From a virus (taxonomy: Duplodnaviria; Heunggongvirae; Uroviricota; Caudoviricetes), in IMG/VR virus record IMGVR_UViG_3300017971_002799, positions 1 to 64,000 of that record: a DNA stretch of 64,000 nucleotides; one strand, given 5' to 3'. The translations under genes and the position numbers were made by a program. The notes below the pieces were generated by a model. That model was not told the origin of the DNA. It made no database searches and saw only the letters and a program-made list of their open reading frames with translations. Below, one piece after another: positions 44,662 through 53,806 of the stretch. Each line of letters starts with the position of its first letter. The stretch's first letter is position 1.

Positions 44662-46391
44662 AAGGAATAGCAACCTTTGACATCGAGGCGGTAGCATGGG
44701 ACCAACCTATCGCTGTTGGCTTCTACGATGGAGAAAAGTATTTCGAGTTCCTTAAGATTAATGAAGATCACGATGTTATTGGTAGTTTCCTCGACTTCCT
44801 AAAGGTAAACTACCAAGGAATAAGAATCTACGCTCACAACGCTGGTGAGTATGATAACAAATTCATACTCCAAAGTCTACATCGTCGAGGTCAACGTGTA
44901 GCTATGAGTTTGGGTCAAGCCAGGCTTGAGTGGCTAGGTTTGCATATAACATTCGAAGACAGCTACCTAATGCTAAGTAGAAGACTGAGCGCTATCTGTT
45001 ACGCCTTCAATATCCCTATGAAACTAGACTGGGATCACTCTCAAACGAAGAACATTTGGGAGATGGGTGATCTAGAAGAGTTTAGAGCCTACCTGAAAAG
45101 AGATTGTGTATCTCTATCTGAAGCCATAGCAGCATATGCACAAGAACTCATCAGCAAATTCGGGGTTGCCCCCTCTACAACCATGGCTCTGACATCAGTA
45201 AAGGCCTTCAATAAAAGATTCTATCCCGTTAGTAAAATAAACGCTAACTTCGAATACGAAAACAGAATTAGACAAGCAACCTTTGGAGGGCGAAACGAAG
45301 TATATAACAAACATGGCTTAGGTATTTACTTTTACGACGTTAGAAGTATGTACGTATCTTGCTATGATACACCTGTTCCTATAGGCAAAATGTCTTGGAC
45401 TTCAAACGAGTTAGAGAAAGGAACAGTAACAGAGGCTATTGTAAAAGTTCCCACTTGGATGAACATTGGGCCTCTTCCCTATAGATATAGACCTTACAAC
45501 AACAGTGGATACGGACATTTAATGTTTCCAGTAGGAACTTTTCCTGGCGTTTGGGATACCATTGAACTAATGAATGCTGTAAATCTAGGTTGCGACGTTA
45601 CAGTTATAAAACAACTAGCCTGCGAAGAATCTCCCATACTAGACAAATTTGGAAAATACATTGCATACCTAAGAGAACAAGCAGAGAATGAAGAAAGAGA
45701 AAGAATCTGGAAAAACGTTGGTGTGCGATTAAGTGGAAAGTTTGGACAGCATCGTATCATGCAGGAGATTAAGCACGCAACAGAGATAGAGGACTATGAA
45801 GGTTGGTGTGCTATAGATGACGACGAAATATACTTCGAAAGAATGGTAGCAAAAGACCCAAAAGGATCGCCTTACATCAAGCCAGCCGTTAACATGAGAG
45901 TAAGATCAGAAGCCAGGATAAGACATCTACGAAAATTGCTTGAAGCAGAAGATAAAGGAACATTATACTATTGCGACAACGACTCCGTTTGCTCTAGTAC
46001 GCCTTTATACAATGGAAGGAAGGCTGGGGAGTTGCAGCTCTTAGACTACGCTAAAGAAGCTTTCTTTATTAGATGTAAGTTCTACGGTTACCTAAACAGA
46101 AAAGGACACCTGAATCAAAGAACAGCAGGATATAGGGATTTTAAATTAACGGAACAAGACTTCAGAGATCTGCTACAGGGAAAAACCTTGTACAATACCT
46201 TCCAAAGTCTCAGTCACTGGAAAAGTTCTTTAACAGAAGAAGGTGTAAAGATGATCGACCGTAGCAGGTCAGTAGCGATGTCTAGAGGGTTTGACAATAG
46301 AGAGTCAGTGGGATTGAAGACCCGCCCTATAGAGTTAGGTATGAAGGATGGTGAAGTGTTTAGAGTTAAAAGAAATGAGGAGAAAGAGTAG
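44658..46391 (+). CDS. Compact family B DNA polymerase of phi29/protein-primed type (577 aa)
   Basis: Exo I FDIEAV, Exo II YAHNAGEYDNKFIL (phi29 YHNLKFDGAF), Exo III YLKRDCVSLSEAI (phi29 YIKNDIQIIAEAL), motif A FYDVRSMYVS (DxxSLYPS), motif B KNVGVRLSGKFGQ (KxxxNSxYG), motif C YYCDNDSV (YCDTDS). Confidence 0.65.
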   Translation: MKGIATFDIEAVAWDQPIAVGFYDGEKYFEFLKINEDHDVIGSFLDFLKVNYQGIRIYAHNAGEYDNKFILQSLHRRGQRVAMSLGQARLEWLGLHITFEDSYLMLSRRLSAICYAFNIPMKLDWDHSQTKNIWEMGDLEEFRAYLKRDCVSLSEAIAAYAQELISKFGVAPSTTMALTSVKAFNKRFYPVSKINANFEYENRIRQATFGGRNEVYNKHGLGIYFYDVRSMYVSCYDTPVPIGKMSWTSNELEKGTVTEAIVKVPTWMNIGPLPYRYRPYNNSGYGHLMFPVGTFPGVWDTIELMNAVNLGCDVTVIKQLACEESPILDKFGKYIAYLREQAENEERERIWKNVGVRLSGKFGQHRIMQEIKHATEIEDYEGWCAIDDDEIYFERMVAKDPKGSPYIKPAVNMRVRSEARIRHLRKLLEAEDKGTLYYCDNDSVCSSTPLYNGRKAGELQLLDYAKEAFFIRCKFYGYLNRKGHLNQRTAGYRDFKLTEQDFRDLLQGKTLYNTFQSLSHWKSSLTEEGVKMIDRSRSVAMSRGFDNRESVGLKTRPIELGMKDGEVFRVKRNEEKE

Positions 46392-46585
46392 TGTTTATTA
46401 AAATAACCTGCAAGATACATCCAACGGAAAGTCTAAATGCAAAACTAGAACCTACAGAAGATAGTTTCGAGATAAGAATTACTCCCTGCACCAAATGTAT
46501 GGAAGATAAAATCAGATTCGGAAGAGATTCCGGTGTGGCTGAGTTTATTAGATCTGTTAAAGAGAAAGTGGGAATGAAAGATTGA
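46391..46585 (+). CDS. hypothetical small Cys-containing protein
   Basis: ORF track; last gene of the rightward block. Confidence 0.4.
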   Translation: MFIKITCKIHPTESLNAKLEPTEDSFEIRITPCTKCMEDKIRFGRDSGVAEFIRSVKEKVGMKD

Positions 46586-46599
46586 GGATGGGAAAGAAG

Positions 46600-46630
46600 A
46601 GGAGACATGTTAGTGGAACCACATCTCCTC
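46600..46630. terminator. hairpin between convergent blocks (possible bidirectional terminator)
   Basis: GAGGAGA...TCTCCTC inverted repeat between the last plus gene and the last minus gene; no clean U-run. Confidence 0.25.
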
Positions 46631-46688
46631 TTGCTATCCCTGTATAGGAGGAGAGACCGTATTTCTTCTTAACCGGACAGTCTCGGGA

Positions 46689-46847
46689 TTATCCTTTCTT
46701 TCCGCCAGGCTTACCGCGCTTGTAACCGCTTACCTTGACAGTTTTGTTACCACGTTTGTAAGAGAAGCCCTTAACAGAAACGGCACTGCCTCGCTGCTTT
46801 CCCTTCATTTTACCCTTCGGTAACTTTTTCTTCGGTTTCGTAGCCAT
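46689..46847 (-). CDS. small highly basic KG-rich protein (52 aa)
   Basis: Not in the ORF track; SD aggaggtattttctaATG; MATKPKKKLPKGKMKGKQRGSAVSVKGFSYKRGNKTVKVSGYKRGKPGGKKG. Confidence 0.5.
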   Translation of the reverse strand: MATKPKKKLPKGKMKGKQRGSAVSVKGFSYKRGNKTVKVSGYKRGKPGGKKG

Positions 46848-46892
46848 TAGAAAATACCTCCTGTTAGATTATAGAACCCTCGAGGGGAGAAT

Positions 46893-47387
46893 TCACTTAG
46901 TCTTCCATCGTCCTTCCTTCTGCATGCGGCTCTTAATCCTCTCAGCTTTACCAGCGCCGAGGTACTTCGAAGCCATGCTAAAGTTGTCCTTAACCATACT
47001 CTCTTCCATGTTCTTCCGTTGCTGATAAGCCTGCTTGGCGTAATTCTGACGATAAGCCTTATCTTGCTCTTCAGTACGTTTTGGACCGCGCCTTCGAGGA
47101 GCAAGCCCTACTTTCTCCAGCTCCTCTCGTTCTTTCTCACGCTTCGCTTTAGCTCTTGCAGCCTGGGCAGCTTTACGCTCAGCTTCCGAACCATACTTTT
47201 TCTTAGTACCCTTCATTCCGGTAATGCGAAGAACTAACGCGCCCTTCTCCTTCTTGTCAAGGTTCTTAGCCTTCTTACCCAACACGATATCCGCAACACT
47301 AACCTCTTCAGGCCCGCTGCCGATATCAATCATGGCCGTCATCTCCATGATCGAGGGATCAAATTTTGGTGCTAACTCCTTAGACAT
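46893..47387 (-). CDS. basic Lys/Arg/Ala-rich protein
   Basis: ORF track; AQAARAKAKREKEREELEKV low-complexity basic region. Confidence 0.5.
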   Translation of the reverse strand: MSKELAPKFDPSIMEMTAMIDIGSGPEEVSVADIVLGKKAKNLDKKEKGALVLRITGMKGTKKKYGSEAERKAAQAARAKAKREKEREELEKVGLAPRRRGPKRTEEQDKAYRQNYAKQAYQQRKNMEESMVKDNFSMASKYLGAGKAERIKSRMQKEGRWKTK

Positions 47388-47388
47388 T

Positions 47389-47661
47389 TTAGACTACCTC
47401 CGATAGAACTTTCTCTAACTCATTAACGGGTTGGTGCCCGTTCTTTTTGCTTTGAATAAACTCCTTCATCAAACGTTCAGGCAGATCGTTGAACTCTCCA
47501 ACGTGATAAAGCTCTTCCTTACTAACCTTCTGCACTCGAAGAAACTTCTGACCTTTCGACTTCATCTTCTTTTTCTTGCCGTTCGTAAAAACGAGTTTTG
47601 ACTTAACACCCTTGTCATCCTTAAATCGAACCCTTAAAGTTAAACCTCTTCCTTTACCCAC
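47389..47661 (-). CDS. small basic protein
   Basis: MGKGRGLTLRVRFKDDKGVKSKLVFTNGKKKKMKSKGQKF. Confidence 0.5.
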   Translation of the reverse strand: MGKGRGLTLRVRFKDDKGVKSKLVFTNGKKKKMKSKGQKFLRVQKVSKEELYHVGEFNDLPERLMKEFIQSKKNGHQPVNELEKVLSEVV

Positions 47662-47676
47662 GAAACCTCCTTCAAA

Positions 47677-49293
47677 CTAAAAGGGCCTTATTCTCCTACT
47701 AAAAGGAGACATCCCTCTAACTCCCCAAGGCATTCTAGTAACACCCATAGCACCAGAAGGAACAGATCCAACAGGGCTAGGAGTAACTCCAGGTTCAGTC
47801 AATTCTCTTAAATGAGCAAGTGGAGCAACTGTTGTTGGTCCGAAAGCTGGTGTCGGCACCGTAGCACGAGCTAAAGCGCCCATCGGTTGTATTTCTTCTG
47901 GGTGTATATAAGGACCAGCCAAAGTACTACGTCCTCTCTGGAAAGCACGAGGACCGGTCCTAACTGCTTGCGCAGTAGCTGTTGGTAGAGTCTGAGCAGC
48001 CCACTTTGAAGGCTCCTTGATCATCTTCTCAGTAACTTCAAGGGCTGTTTTATATTTAGGAGGTTCAAGCTTTCTCATCTCCCTTTTATGCTTAGAAACT
48101 TCAACCTTTAACTCTGCTAAGGATTTTGGTCTACCACCCTCAACTTTCCACTTATAAACAGTAGGAGCGTTGGGATCTTTCTCCCTAGCACTCTTAGTAG
48201 CCTCAACATCCTTAACTCTTTTCTTCTTAGAAGCATGGTAAAGGGAAATACCTAAACTCATCGCTTCAGATTTAACCTTCGGCAAATCTTTTTGGTATGC
48301 CCTTTCGAGTCTCTTAATATCTTTCTCTTGAAGACCTTCTGTCATCTCTGCTAAGAGCTCTCTTCGCTCTGCTCCAACTCTTGCTTTTGTTTCCTCAGAA
48401 GGTTTTCCTCTTAACTCTTCAGTAGTTTTCTCCCAACGAGCCCGCTGTTCAGGGCTACCAGCATACTCACCAAAGAGAGCGTAACCCTGTTCTTTTCGCT
48501 TCATCTCTTCAGCTTCACGTCTACGCTGAGCTTCAGCTCTTGCTAACTGTCTCTCCTGAAAAGCTCTTTGACCTCTTTCCCGACCTCTTTCTGCAAGACG
48601 TTGCGCGGTACCGTAAGCTTCTCTAACAGTAGGACCTCTACCAGTCGTCCTTTCTCGAAGATGTCCTAGAGATTCTCTAACACTCCTACGCTCTCGAGGC
48701 TCATCAGTTACATCTCTAACAACTACAGCAGTGGTCGGTCTTTCCTCTGTAACCCTCGGCTGAGCAACTACCATAGGCAAAGCTCTACCAGAAGTAGGCT
48801 CGGTATGAACGGTGGGTCGAGCACTAGGAACTTCCGTTACAGCTTCAAGCTCGGCTTCGCCTCCAGGGATTTCAACAGTGCGGCCAAAGGGCTCCTCAAT
48901 CTTCATAGGAGGTAATGTCCTAGAAGGAACGCCAACTTCTTCAACGACAGCCTCCTCTAAAACATCTTCATCCTCTTCGCCTTTCTTCTTTCGAGCGATC
49001 TTATCCTTAATCCACTTTATGGGATTAAAGTTATGAGCACGAACAACGGCCTCCCAACCGCCAGCAGGTGAAGGCTGTACGGACATTATCTCAACTTGAT
49101 CCAAACCAGCATCAAGGGCAAAACCCTGCATCTTGGTAATAATACCCATTACCTGATCAGCAGAGTTGCCGCGAACAATAGCAGTTACACCTCTGCCACC
49201 ACTCTCACGAGTCACGCCTCCACGAGTAAAGGTTTTCTTTGGAGCACCGTGAGGCTTACTGGTTTTCTTTTTCGTTACTCTCTTGTTAGCCAT
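47677..49293 (-). CDS. large charged coiled-coil protein with basic N-terminus (function unknown)
   Basis: Basic N-terminus MANKRVTKKKTSKPHGAPKK; central Arg/Glu-rich heptad region; Pro/Gly/Thr-rich C-terminus. Confidence 0.55.
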   Translation of the reverse strand: MANKRVTKKKTSKPHGAPKKTFTRGGVTRESGGRGVTAIVRGNSADQVMGIITKMQGFALDAGLDQVEIMSVQPSPAGGWEAVVRAHNFNPIKWIKDKIARKKKGEEDEDVLEEAVVEEVGVPSRTLPPMKIEEPFGRTVEIPGGEAELEAVTEVPSARPTVHTEPTSGRALPMVVAQPRVTEERPTTAVVVRDVTDEPRERRSVRESLGHLRERTTGRGPTVREAYGTAQRLAERGRERGQRAFQERQLARAEAQRRREAEEMKRKEQGYALFGEYAGSPEQRARWEKTTEELRGKPSEETKARVGAERRELLAEMTEGLQEKDIKRLERAYQKDLPKVKSEAMSLGISLYHASKKKRVKDVEATKSAREKDPNAPTVYKWKVEGGRPKSLAELKVEVSKHKREMRKLEPPKYKTALEVTEKMIKEPSKWAAQTLPTATAQAVRTGPRAFQRGRSTLAGPYIHPEEIQPMGALARATVPTPAFGPTTVAPLAHLRELTEPGVTPSPVGSVPSGAMGVTRMPWGVRGMSPFSRRIRPF

Positions 49294-49304
49294 AATAAAC
49301 TACC

Positions 49305-49736
49305 TTAGCGGGCTTGGTCATATAACTCTTGACGCTTCCTCGCCCACTCGACAGCTCCCTCTGAAGTAGACACCTTGTGTTGAATTAATTCCTGAGCTAA
49401 CTCCCTATCAGAGAAAGTCTCATCTATATCGGAGCCAGTACCTACACCTACAACAGAATCCTTCCGTACAGCAGTTACTAAGCGCTGATAATTGACCTCT
49501 TCACTCGCCTTGGGTAAAAAAGCTTCCCAGCCTCTCGTGTGCTTGTTCTCTCTTACAGAAACATTGTAACCCTGATGCTTTGCCCAATCAAACTGATGAG
49601 CAAGAGTAGCTTTAGCGTCCTGGAGATCATCTGTATAAGCTGTAGGACCTTCTTTATAGACACCATCTTCGTACCAAGGAACAGAAAACTCTTGCCATTC
49701 AGGGTCCCACTTTATTGAAAGAAGAATGTCCTTCAT
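49305..49736 (-). CDS. hypothetical protein
   Basis: ORF track. Confidence 0.5.
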   Translation of the reverse strand: MKDILLSIKWDPEWQEFSVPWYEDGVYKEGPTAYTDDLQDAKATLAHQFDWAKHQGYNVSVRENKHTRGWEAFLPKASEEVNYQRLVTAVRKDSVVGVGTGSDIDETFSDRELAQELIQHKVSTSEGAVEWARKRQELYDQAR

Positions 49737-49742
49737 TACAAA

Positions 49743-50354
49743 CTACCTCACAGGATAAGTCACTGTTAAATCTCTTAACTTAGAGCCAACGCTACCCATT
49801 TGCTTTGAAATCCTTCCTATTGGAGTTCCGGCAGCTTCAGCTACTACAGAACCAGGAGTAGGAGCAGTCATAGGAGTAGGCGCTCCGGCCGTAGCTTGTT
49901 TCAATCTTTGCATCTGTGCTCCGGAAGGTCTAACGTCTGGTACCTGGCTAGGTCTCACGCGAACATCAAGGTCACCAGTACGCTGCGGGGTGACTGAAGG
50001 TCTCTGCTCAGTAGGTTCAGCATAAGCCTCTACTAAAGCCATTGCGTCGTCCATGTCGAGGTCTTCATAGTCCCCTCCAACTCTAGGAGTAGGTCCAACA
50101 CCCATCATCTGAGATGGAACATCAGAAGAATCTCCCATGTCATAATCGAGCTGGACAGTGGTTTGGACTTCTCCAGGTTCCACTCTCTCAGTCTTTATTT
50201 GTTTTCGAACAGCTTGACGCTCTTTCCATCTAATCATACCGTTTCTAGACATATAATCCAGAAAAGCAGTTCTAGCGTGTTTGGAGTCAGGAGCATCAAC
50301 TTCTGCATTCAGATTCTGTCCAGGTATCCAAGTTAAATAAGTAGGCATTGTCAA
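49743..50354 (-). CDS. hypothetical protein (N-terminal MTMPTY like ORF 50373..50594)
   Basis: ORF track; Pro/Thr/Val-rich C-terminal half. Confidence 0.5.
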   Translation of the reverse strand: MTMPTYLTWIPGQNLNAEVDAPDSKHARTAFLDYMSRNGMIRWKERQAVRKQIKTERVEPGEVQTTVQLDYDMGDSSDVPSQMMGVGPTPRVGGDYEDLDMDDAMALVEAYAEPTEQRPSVTPQRTGDLDVRVRPSQVPDVRPSGAQMQRLKQATAGAPTPMTAPTPGSVVAEAAGTPIGRISKQMGSVGSKLRDLTVTYPVR

Positions 50355-50372
50355 TTACCTCTAAGCGACTCT

Positions 50373-50594
50373 CTATCCAAAAACATCGAAGCCTCGAGTA
50401 CTATACACAACTTCTATGCGATCCGGTGATATTCTCAAATGCTTTGCAACTACGTTAACTATAGGATCTGCCTTGGGATACTGATAATAAATATCTAAGT
50501 ACTCCTGATCCTTATAGTATTCAGCAACGAGGTTATCATTCTCGTCACGAACCGTAAGGGTGGTATCCTCGTCAAAAACTTCGTAAGTAGGCAT
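50373..50594 (-). CDS. hypothetical small protein (N-terminal MPTY)
   Basis: ORF track. Confidence 0.45.
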   Translation of the reverse strand: MPTYEVFDEDTTLTVRDENDNLVAEYYKDQEYLDIYYQYPKADPIVNVVAKHLRISPDRIEVVYSTRGFDVFG

Positions 50595-50605
50595 TGTTAG
50601 TTACC

Positions 50606-50977
50606 TCAGTTCTCACTAATAAAAGGCTTCGGGTAATCTTTTTCGGTCCATCTTTCCAATTCAGAAGTCTTGTAACTCTCTCTAAAAGGTAAGTCCTCAA
50701 ACTGTTTAGCGACATCGTACTCCGACAAAGTAGAAGCTTCTCCCCAAGGAATTTTTTTAGCACCGGTCTCACTCATAAAGAACTCAAATTCCTCTTCAGA
50801 GAAAGACACGCTACGACGCCCAACTTTAAGACTCGACTCGAGTTTTCTAACTATAGCCTCCAATAGATCTCTTTCGTCAGAAGGGGGATACTCAGAAACC
50901 TTGTTTCTAAACCTCTCTAGGATTTTAATCATCTGCCCCTTATCAACGAATCCTATAGTACTATCCCCTATAGCCAT
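50606..50977 (-). CDS. hypothetical protein
   Basis: ORF track. Confidence 0.5.
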   Translation of the reverse strand: MAIGDSTIGFVDKGQMIKILERFRNKVSEYPPSDERDLLEAIVRKLESSLKVGRRSVSFSEEEFEFFMSETGAKKIPWGEASTLSEYDVAKQFEDLPFRESYKTSELERWTEKDYPKPFISEN

Positions 50978-50978
50978 G

Positions 50979-51389
50979 TTAATTCAACCTGCGTTTAAAA
51001 TCCTCTTCGCTAGTAGGAACACCTCTAGGAAACTCTGGCAGCGGAGCTTCAAGACTAGAAGACGTTCTATCAGAAATAGCCTCCAACCGTCTTTGCATCT
51101 TATCCATAGGAGGGGCAACTGCTCCAATTGTCTCTGGAGCGATCGTTCGGTAGGATGAAGGCTCTGCCCAATCTTTGTTGTGTAACATACCTAAAGCAGT
51201 CATAACGGAATAAATATCAAGACCAATTAGAATCTCAAGTTCCCGGGCTGACCTATCCATTCTAGAGAGTTCTTCAAGTATAATCTCCAATCGAGGAAAC
51301 TTCCTAAAGATCTCAGGGTCAGCCTCCATTTCAAGAGCTACTACTCCTCGAGGAGTAATGCTCCACTTGGTTTGAGGTCCGACCTTCAT
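50979..51389 (-). CDS. hypothetical protein
   Basis: ORF track; abuts neighbours. Confidence 0.5.
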   Translation of the reverse strand: MKVGPQTKWSITPRGVVALEMEADPEIFRKFPRLEIILEELSRMDRSARELEILIGLDIYSVMTALGMLHNKDWAEPSSYRTIAPETIGAVAPPMDKMQRRLEAISDRTSSSLEAPLPEFPRGVPTSEEDFKRRLN

Positions 51390-51392
51390 GAG

Positions 51393-51701
51393 CTATCTAC
51401 CCTCTTCCAACCAACGCATATAACCTTCGGGATCTTCCGTTAGAGGTATAACGTCAACAGCGTAACCGTCTACAATATTATATCGAGCTACCATCTCTGG
51501 AAAAGGAGATCCGTCTATCTCAACAATAAACACGTCACCATCCCTCGCTCTTCTAGCAGCTCTATCGATAAACAAACCAGCTTCCCCAGGACTGTTAAAC
51601 CTCGCAACCTCTTTGAAAGGAGCTAACTCACTTTCCGTTTGTCTACTAACAATATAAGTAGCCCCAGAAGGTAATCTGCTCATTCGACTTTCACTCTCCA
51701 C
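51393..51701 (-). CDS. hypothetical protein
   Basis: ORF track. Confidence 0.5.
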   Translation of the reverse strand: MESESRMSRLPSGATYIVSRQTESELAPFKEVARFNSPGEAGLFIDRAARRARDGDVFIVEIDGSPFPEMVARYNIVDGYAVDVIPLTEDPEGYMRWLEEGR

Positions 51702-52059
51702 TCTGTAGAAGTCTAGGATTAGGATCCACTCTAAAAGCTATCTCAAAAGGTTCCGCAGCTTGCATAGCTCTTAACCCGTGTCTTCTGCTTGATAAGAGCT
51801 CAGAAAAACTTCCAGCGTGAAAGCCCCCAGGTGTGCCGGTGTGACGATACAAACCACCCAAGTCTTCTAAGGAATACTGCATAGCCTCTCTCTCTTTAGA
51901 AGTAAACTGAGGTTGAGGAGAGCTTTCTAACTTCTTAGCAGCGGAACGCAAATGCTTCGCCAGATAGTAAGAATCGTCTGGAAAGCCTTCTACGTTTTCC
52001 TCAAGAAGTTCGGCTTCCTCAACGAGTATAGCCGCTAAGTGTTTTCGCTTCGCATTCAT
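51691..52059 (-). CDS. hypothetical protein
   Basis: ORF track. Confidence 0.5.
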   Translation of the reverse strand: MNAKRKHLAAILVEEAELLEENVEGFPDDSYYLAKHLRSAAKKLESSPQPQFTSKEREAMQYSLEDLGGLYRHTGTPGGFHAGSFSELLSSRRHGLRAMQAAEPFEIAFRVDPNPRLLQSGE

Positions 52060-52101
52060 AGTTACAACCCTAATAATCTATTAGACATGATTAATCACCA
52101 C

Positions 52102-52629
52102 TTAATCTTCTTCGTCGGAATCATCTTCACCAAACTTTATTACTATTTCCTCATCGTCGTCAGTAAGAGCTCGACCCTCAAACGAGCTAACTCCAGCAGT
52201 ATAAGCGTCAAACCGTTTTTTAGCTCTAGTCGTCTCTCCGGAAGTAAGTTCCCAGGGTTTTAATCCTGGTCCGGGAACTTCCACAGGAGCAGCAACTGCG
52301 CGCGTTCTAGCTTCAAAGCTATTATCGAATAATGGGAGAGTTCTGAAAGCATATTCGTCAGCTAGCTTACGGAGTATCTTCGCTAAACCTTTCTTTCCCC
52401 TATTGACGATTACAACGTAATTGGCATCGACTCTTGGCTCCCTAATTTGTCTACGAGGAGCATACCAACGAGAGTAAGCATTGGACCACATCATAGCATA
52501 GACAATACCTTTAGAAGGAACATCTCTATAACCTAAAGAAGTTAACTCGCCAATAGCCTCATCGATCTTGGTAAGAATATCCTCTTCGGTATCATCCTTC
52601 TGTATTACAGCTACGCCTCTGTAATCCAT
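52102..52629 (-). CDS. hypothetical protein with acidic C-terminus
   Basis: C-terminal FGEDDSDEED. Confidence 0.5.
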   Translation of the reverse strand: MDYRGVAVIQKDDTEEDILTKIDEAIGELTSLGYRDVPSKGIVYAMMWSNAYSRWYAPRRQIREPRVDANYVVIVNRGKKGLAKILRKLADEYAFRTLPLFDNSFEARTRAVAAPVEVPGPGLKPWELTSGETTRAKKRFDAYTAGVSSFEGRALTDDDEEIVIKFGEDDSDEED

Positions 52630-52631
52630 AA

Positions 52632-52871
52632 TTACAACCCCAAATCAGCGAGACGCGGATAGACTCTTGCTCTACCTCTATGCATCTCACCCTGCATCCT
52701 CCTGGCACGTCGAAGACCATTACCAGCAGTCGCCTCAGCAAGCTGTCGTTGACTTTGTACACGCCTACGTCGTATAACTTCAGAAGGAGGCTCCTGCATC
52801 TCCTGAAGCTTGTAGAATCGCGGAACTCTCCGCCTCGCTTCCGTTACCGGAAAACCGTACAGTATTGCCAT
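52632..52871 (-). CDS. small Arg-rich basic protein
   Basis: RRRVPRF...RRRRVQSQRQ...RRARRMQGEMHRGRAR. Confidence 0.45.
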   Translation of the reverse strand: MAILYGFPVTEARRRVPRFYKLQEMQEPPSEVIRRRRVQSQRQLAEATAGNGLRRARRMQGEMHRGRARVYPRLADLGL

Positions 52872-53034
52872 AGCTATCTACCTCGATAACCACCTGCGAA
52901 CATAGCTCGCTGTTGACGCTCCGCGTCTTTCTTGTTCTTGTATCAGGTACCAGAATCTCCGAACTTCCATCCCATAATGACTTTCGGTTTTCTAGCACCT
53001 TTAGGCTTCTTTTCCTTCCTCAGAACACAACGTT

Positions 53035-53166
53035 TCAGGGGCATATCTTAATCCTCTTACTCTTCTTGGCTTTCGATTGGAGCTTGGGACTAAGTAGACC
53101 ACCTTTCGGAACTGTCTTTATGTACTGAGTAATCGTAGGGATTTTTGTTGTTAGTGAACCTTGCAT
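53035..53166 (-). CDS. small basic protein with KTVPKGGLLSPKL motif (43 aa; start chosen at MQGSL behind a GGAGG SD)
   Basis: The track ORF 53035..53226 is trimmed to the ATG at 53166, which follows ggaggctcagaATG. The motif is shared with ORF 53216..53452. Confidence 0.4.
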   Translation of the reverse strand: MQGSLTTKIPTITQYIKTVPKGGLLSPKLQSKAKKSKRIKICP

Positions 53167-53215
53167 TCTGAGCCTCCAAAAAGAGGAGGGCTGTTTAGAC
53201 CCTCCCCTCTGAAGA

Positions 53216-53452
53216 TTACATACCAAGATTCGAGAACTTGCCCTTAGGCTTCTTCATGGGTCTGATCTTCGAAACGTTCTTACCCATTCCCAAGCCAGCG
53301 CCTTTGCGAAGACCAGGATTAAGAAGGCCGCCTTTCGGTACTTTCTTTGCATAGTCGTCAAGGTTTGGCATTCTCTTGCCAAGCTTAACCTTCGCAGACC
53401 GTGCTCTGATTTTCTTGAAAGCTTTCTGACCACCGCCTCTAACCTTTTTCAT
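53216..53452 (-). CDS. small basic protein with KKVPKGGLLNPGL motif
   Basis: SD aaaggaggtaatttcagATG; MKKVRGGGQKAFKKIRARSAKVKLGKR... Confidence 0.5.
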   Translation of the reverse strand: MKKVRGGGQKAFKKIRARSAKVKLGKRMPNLDDYAKKVPKGGLLNPGLRKGAGLGMGKNVSKIRPMKKPKGKFSNLGM

Positions 53453-53523
53453 CTGAAATTACCTCCTTTAGAATCTTTTTTCCCAACCCAAAGGGGTTAC
53501 TGAATCGTGAGTAGTTTCTTCCC

Positions 53524-53538
53524 TAATTATATTATATA
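53524..53538 (-). promoter_or_regulatory. Conserved promoter-like motif (copy 3)
   Basis: The minus strand reads TATATAATATAATTAGGG, about 70 nt upstream of ORF 53216..53452. Confidence 0.4.
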
Positions 53539-53578
53539 TTTTTTATATGGAAAATTCCATAGTCATATTATTAAGGAT

Positions 53579-53806
53579 CTATGTACTCTTCTCCATCACG
53601 CGAAGTCTCGTGTAGTAATCAGAGTGTTCCTTTAAGTGATCAAGAGATACTCTAGCAAACACCTCCGGATCTTCACCTAAAACATCGGAATGCTCTTGTT
53701 CAACATTCATTCCCATAGTAAACTCTTTCAAGCTTACTTTACGGAAGTCCACCCCAAGTTTCTTACCTATCTTCCGCGCTTCTTCTTTTGTATATCTCTT
53801 CGCCAT
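53579..53806 (-). CDS. hypothetical small protein
   Basis: ORF track; MAKRYTKEEARKIGKKLGVDF... Confidence 0.5.
   Translation of the reverse strand: MAKRYTKEEARKIGKKLGVDFRKVSLKEFTMGMNVEQEHSDVLGEDPEVFARVSLDHLKEHSDYYTRLRVMEKST

Noticed and set aside
52780-52998. 72-aa minus ORF overlapping 52632..52871
   Set aside because: 92-nt out-of-frame overlap with a better-supported basic-protein gene, and no SD.
53460-53500. AACCC-AAAG-GGGTT hairpin as a terminator
   Set aside because: On the transcribed (minus) strand it is followed by an A-run rather than a U-run, so it is not a canonical intrinsic terminator.
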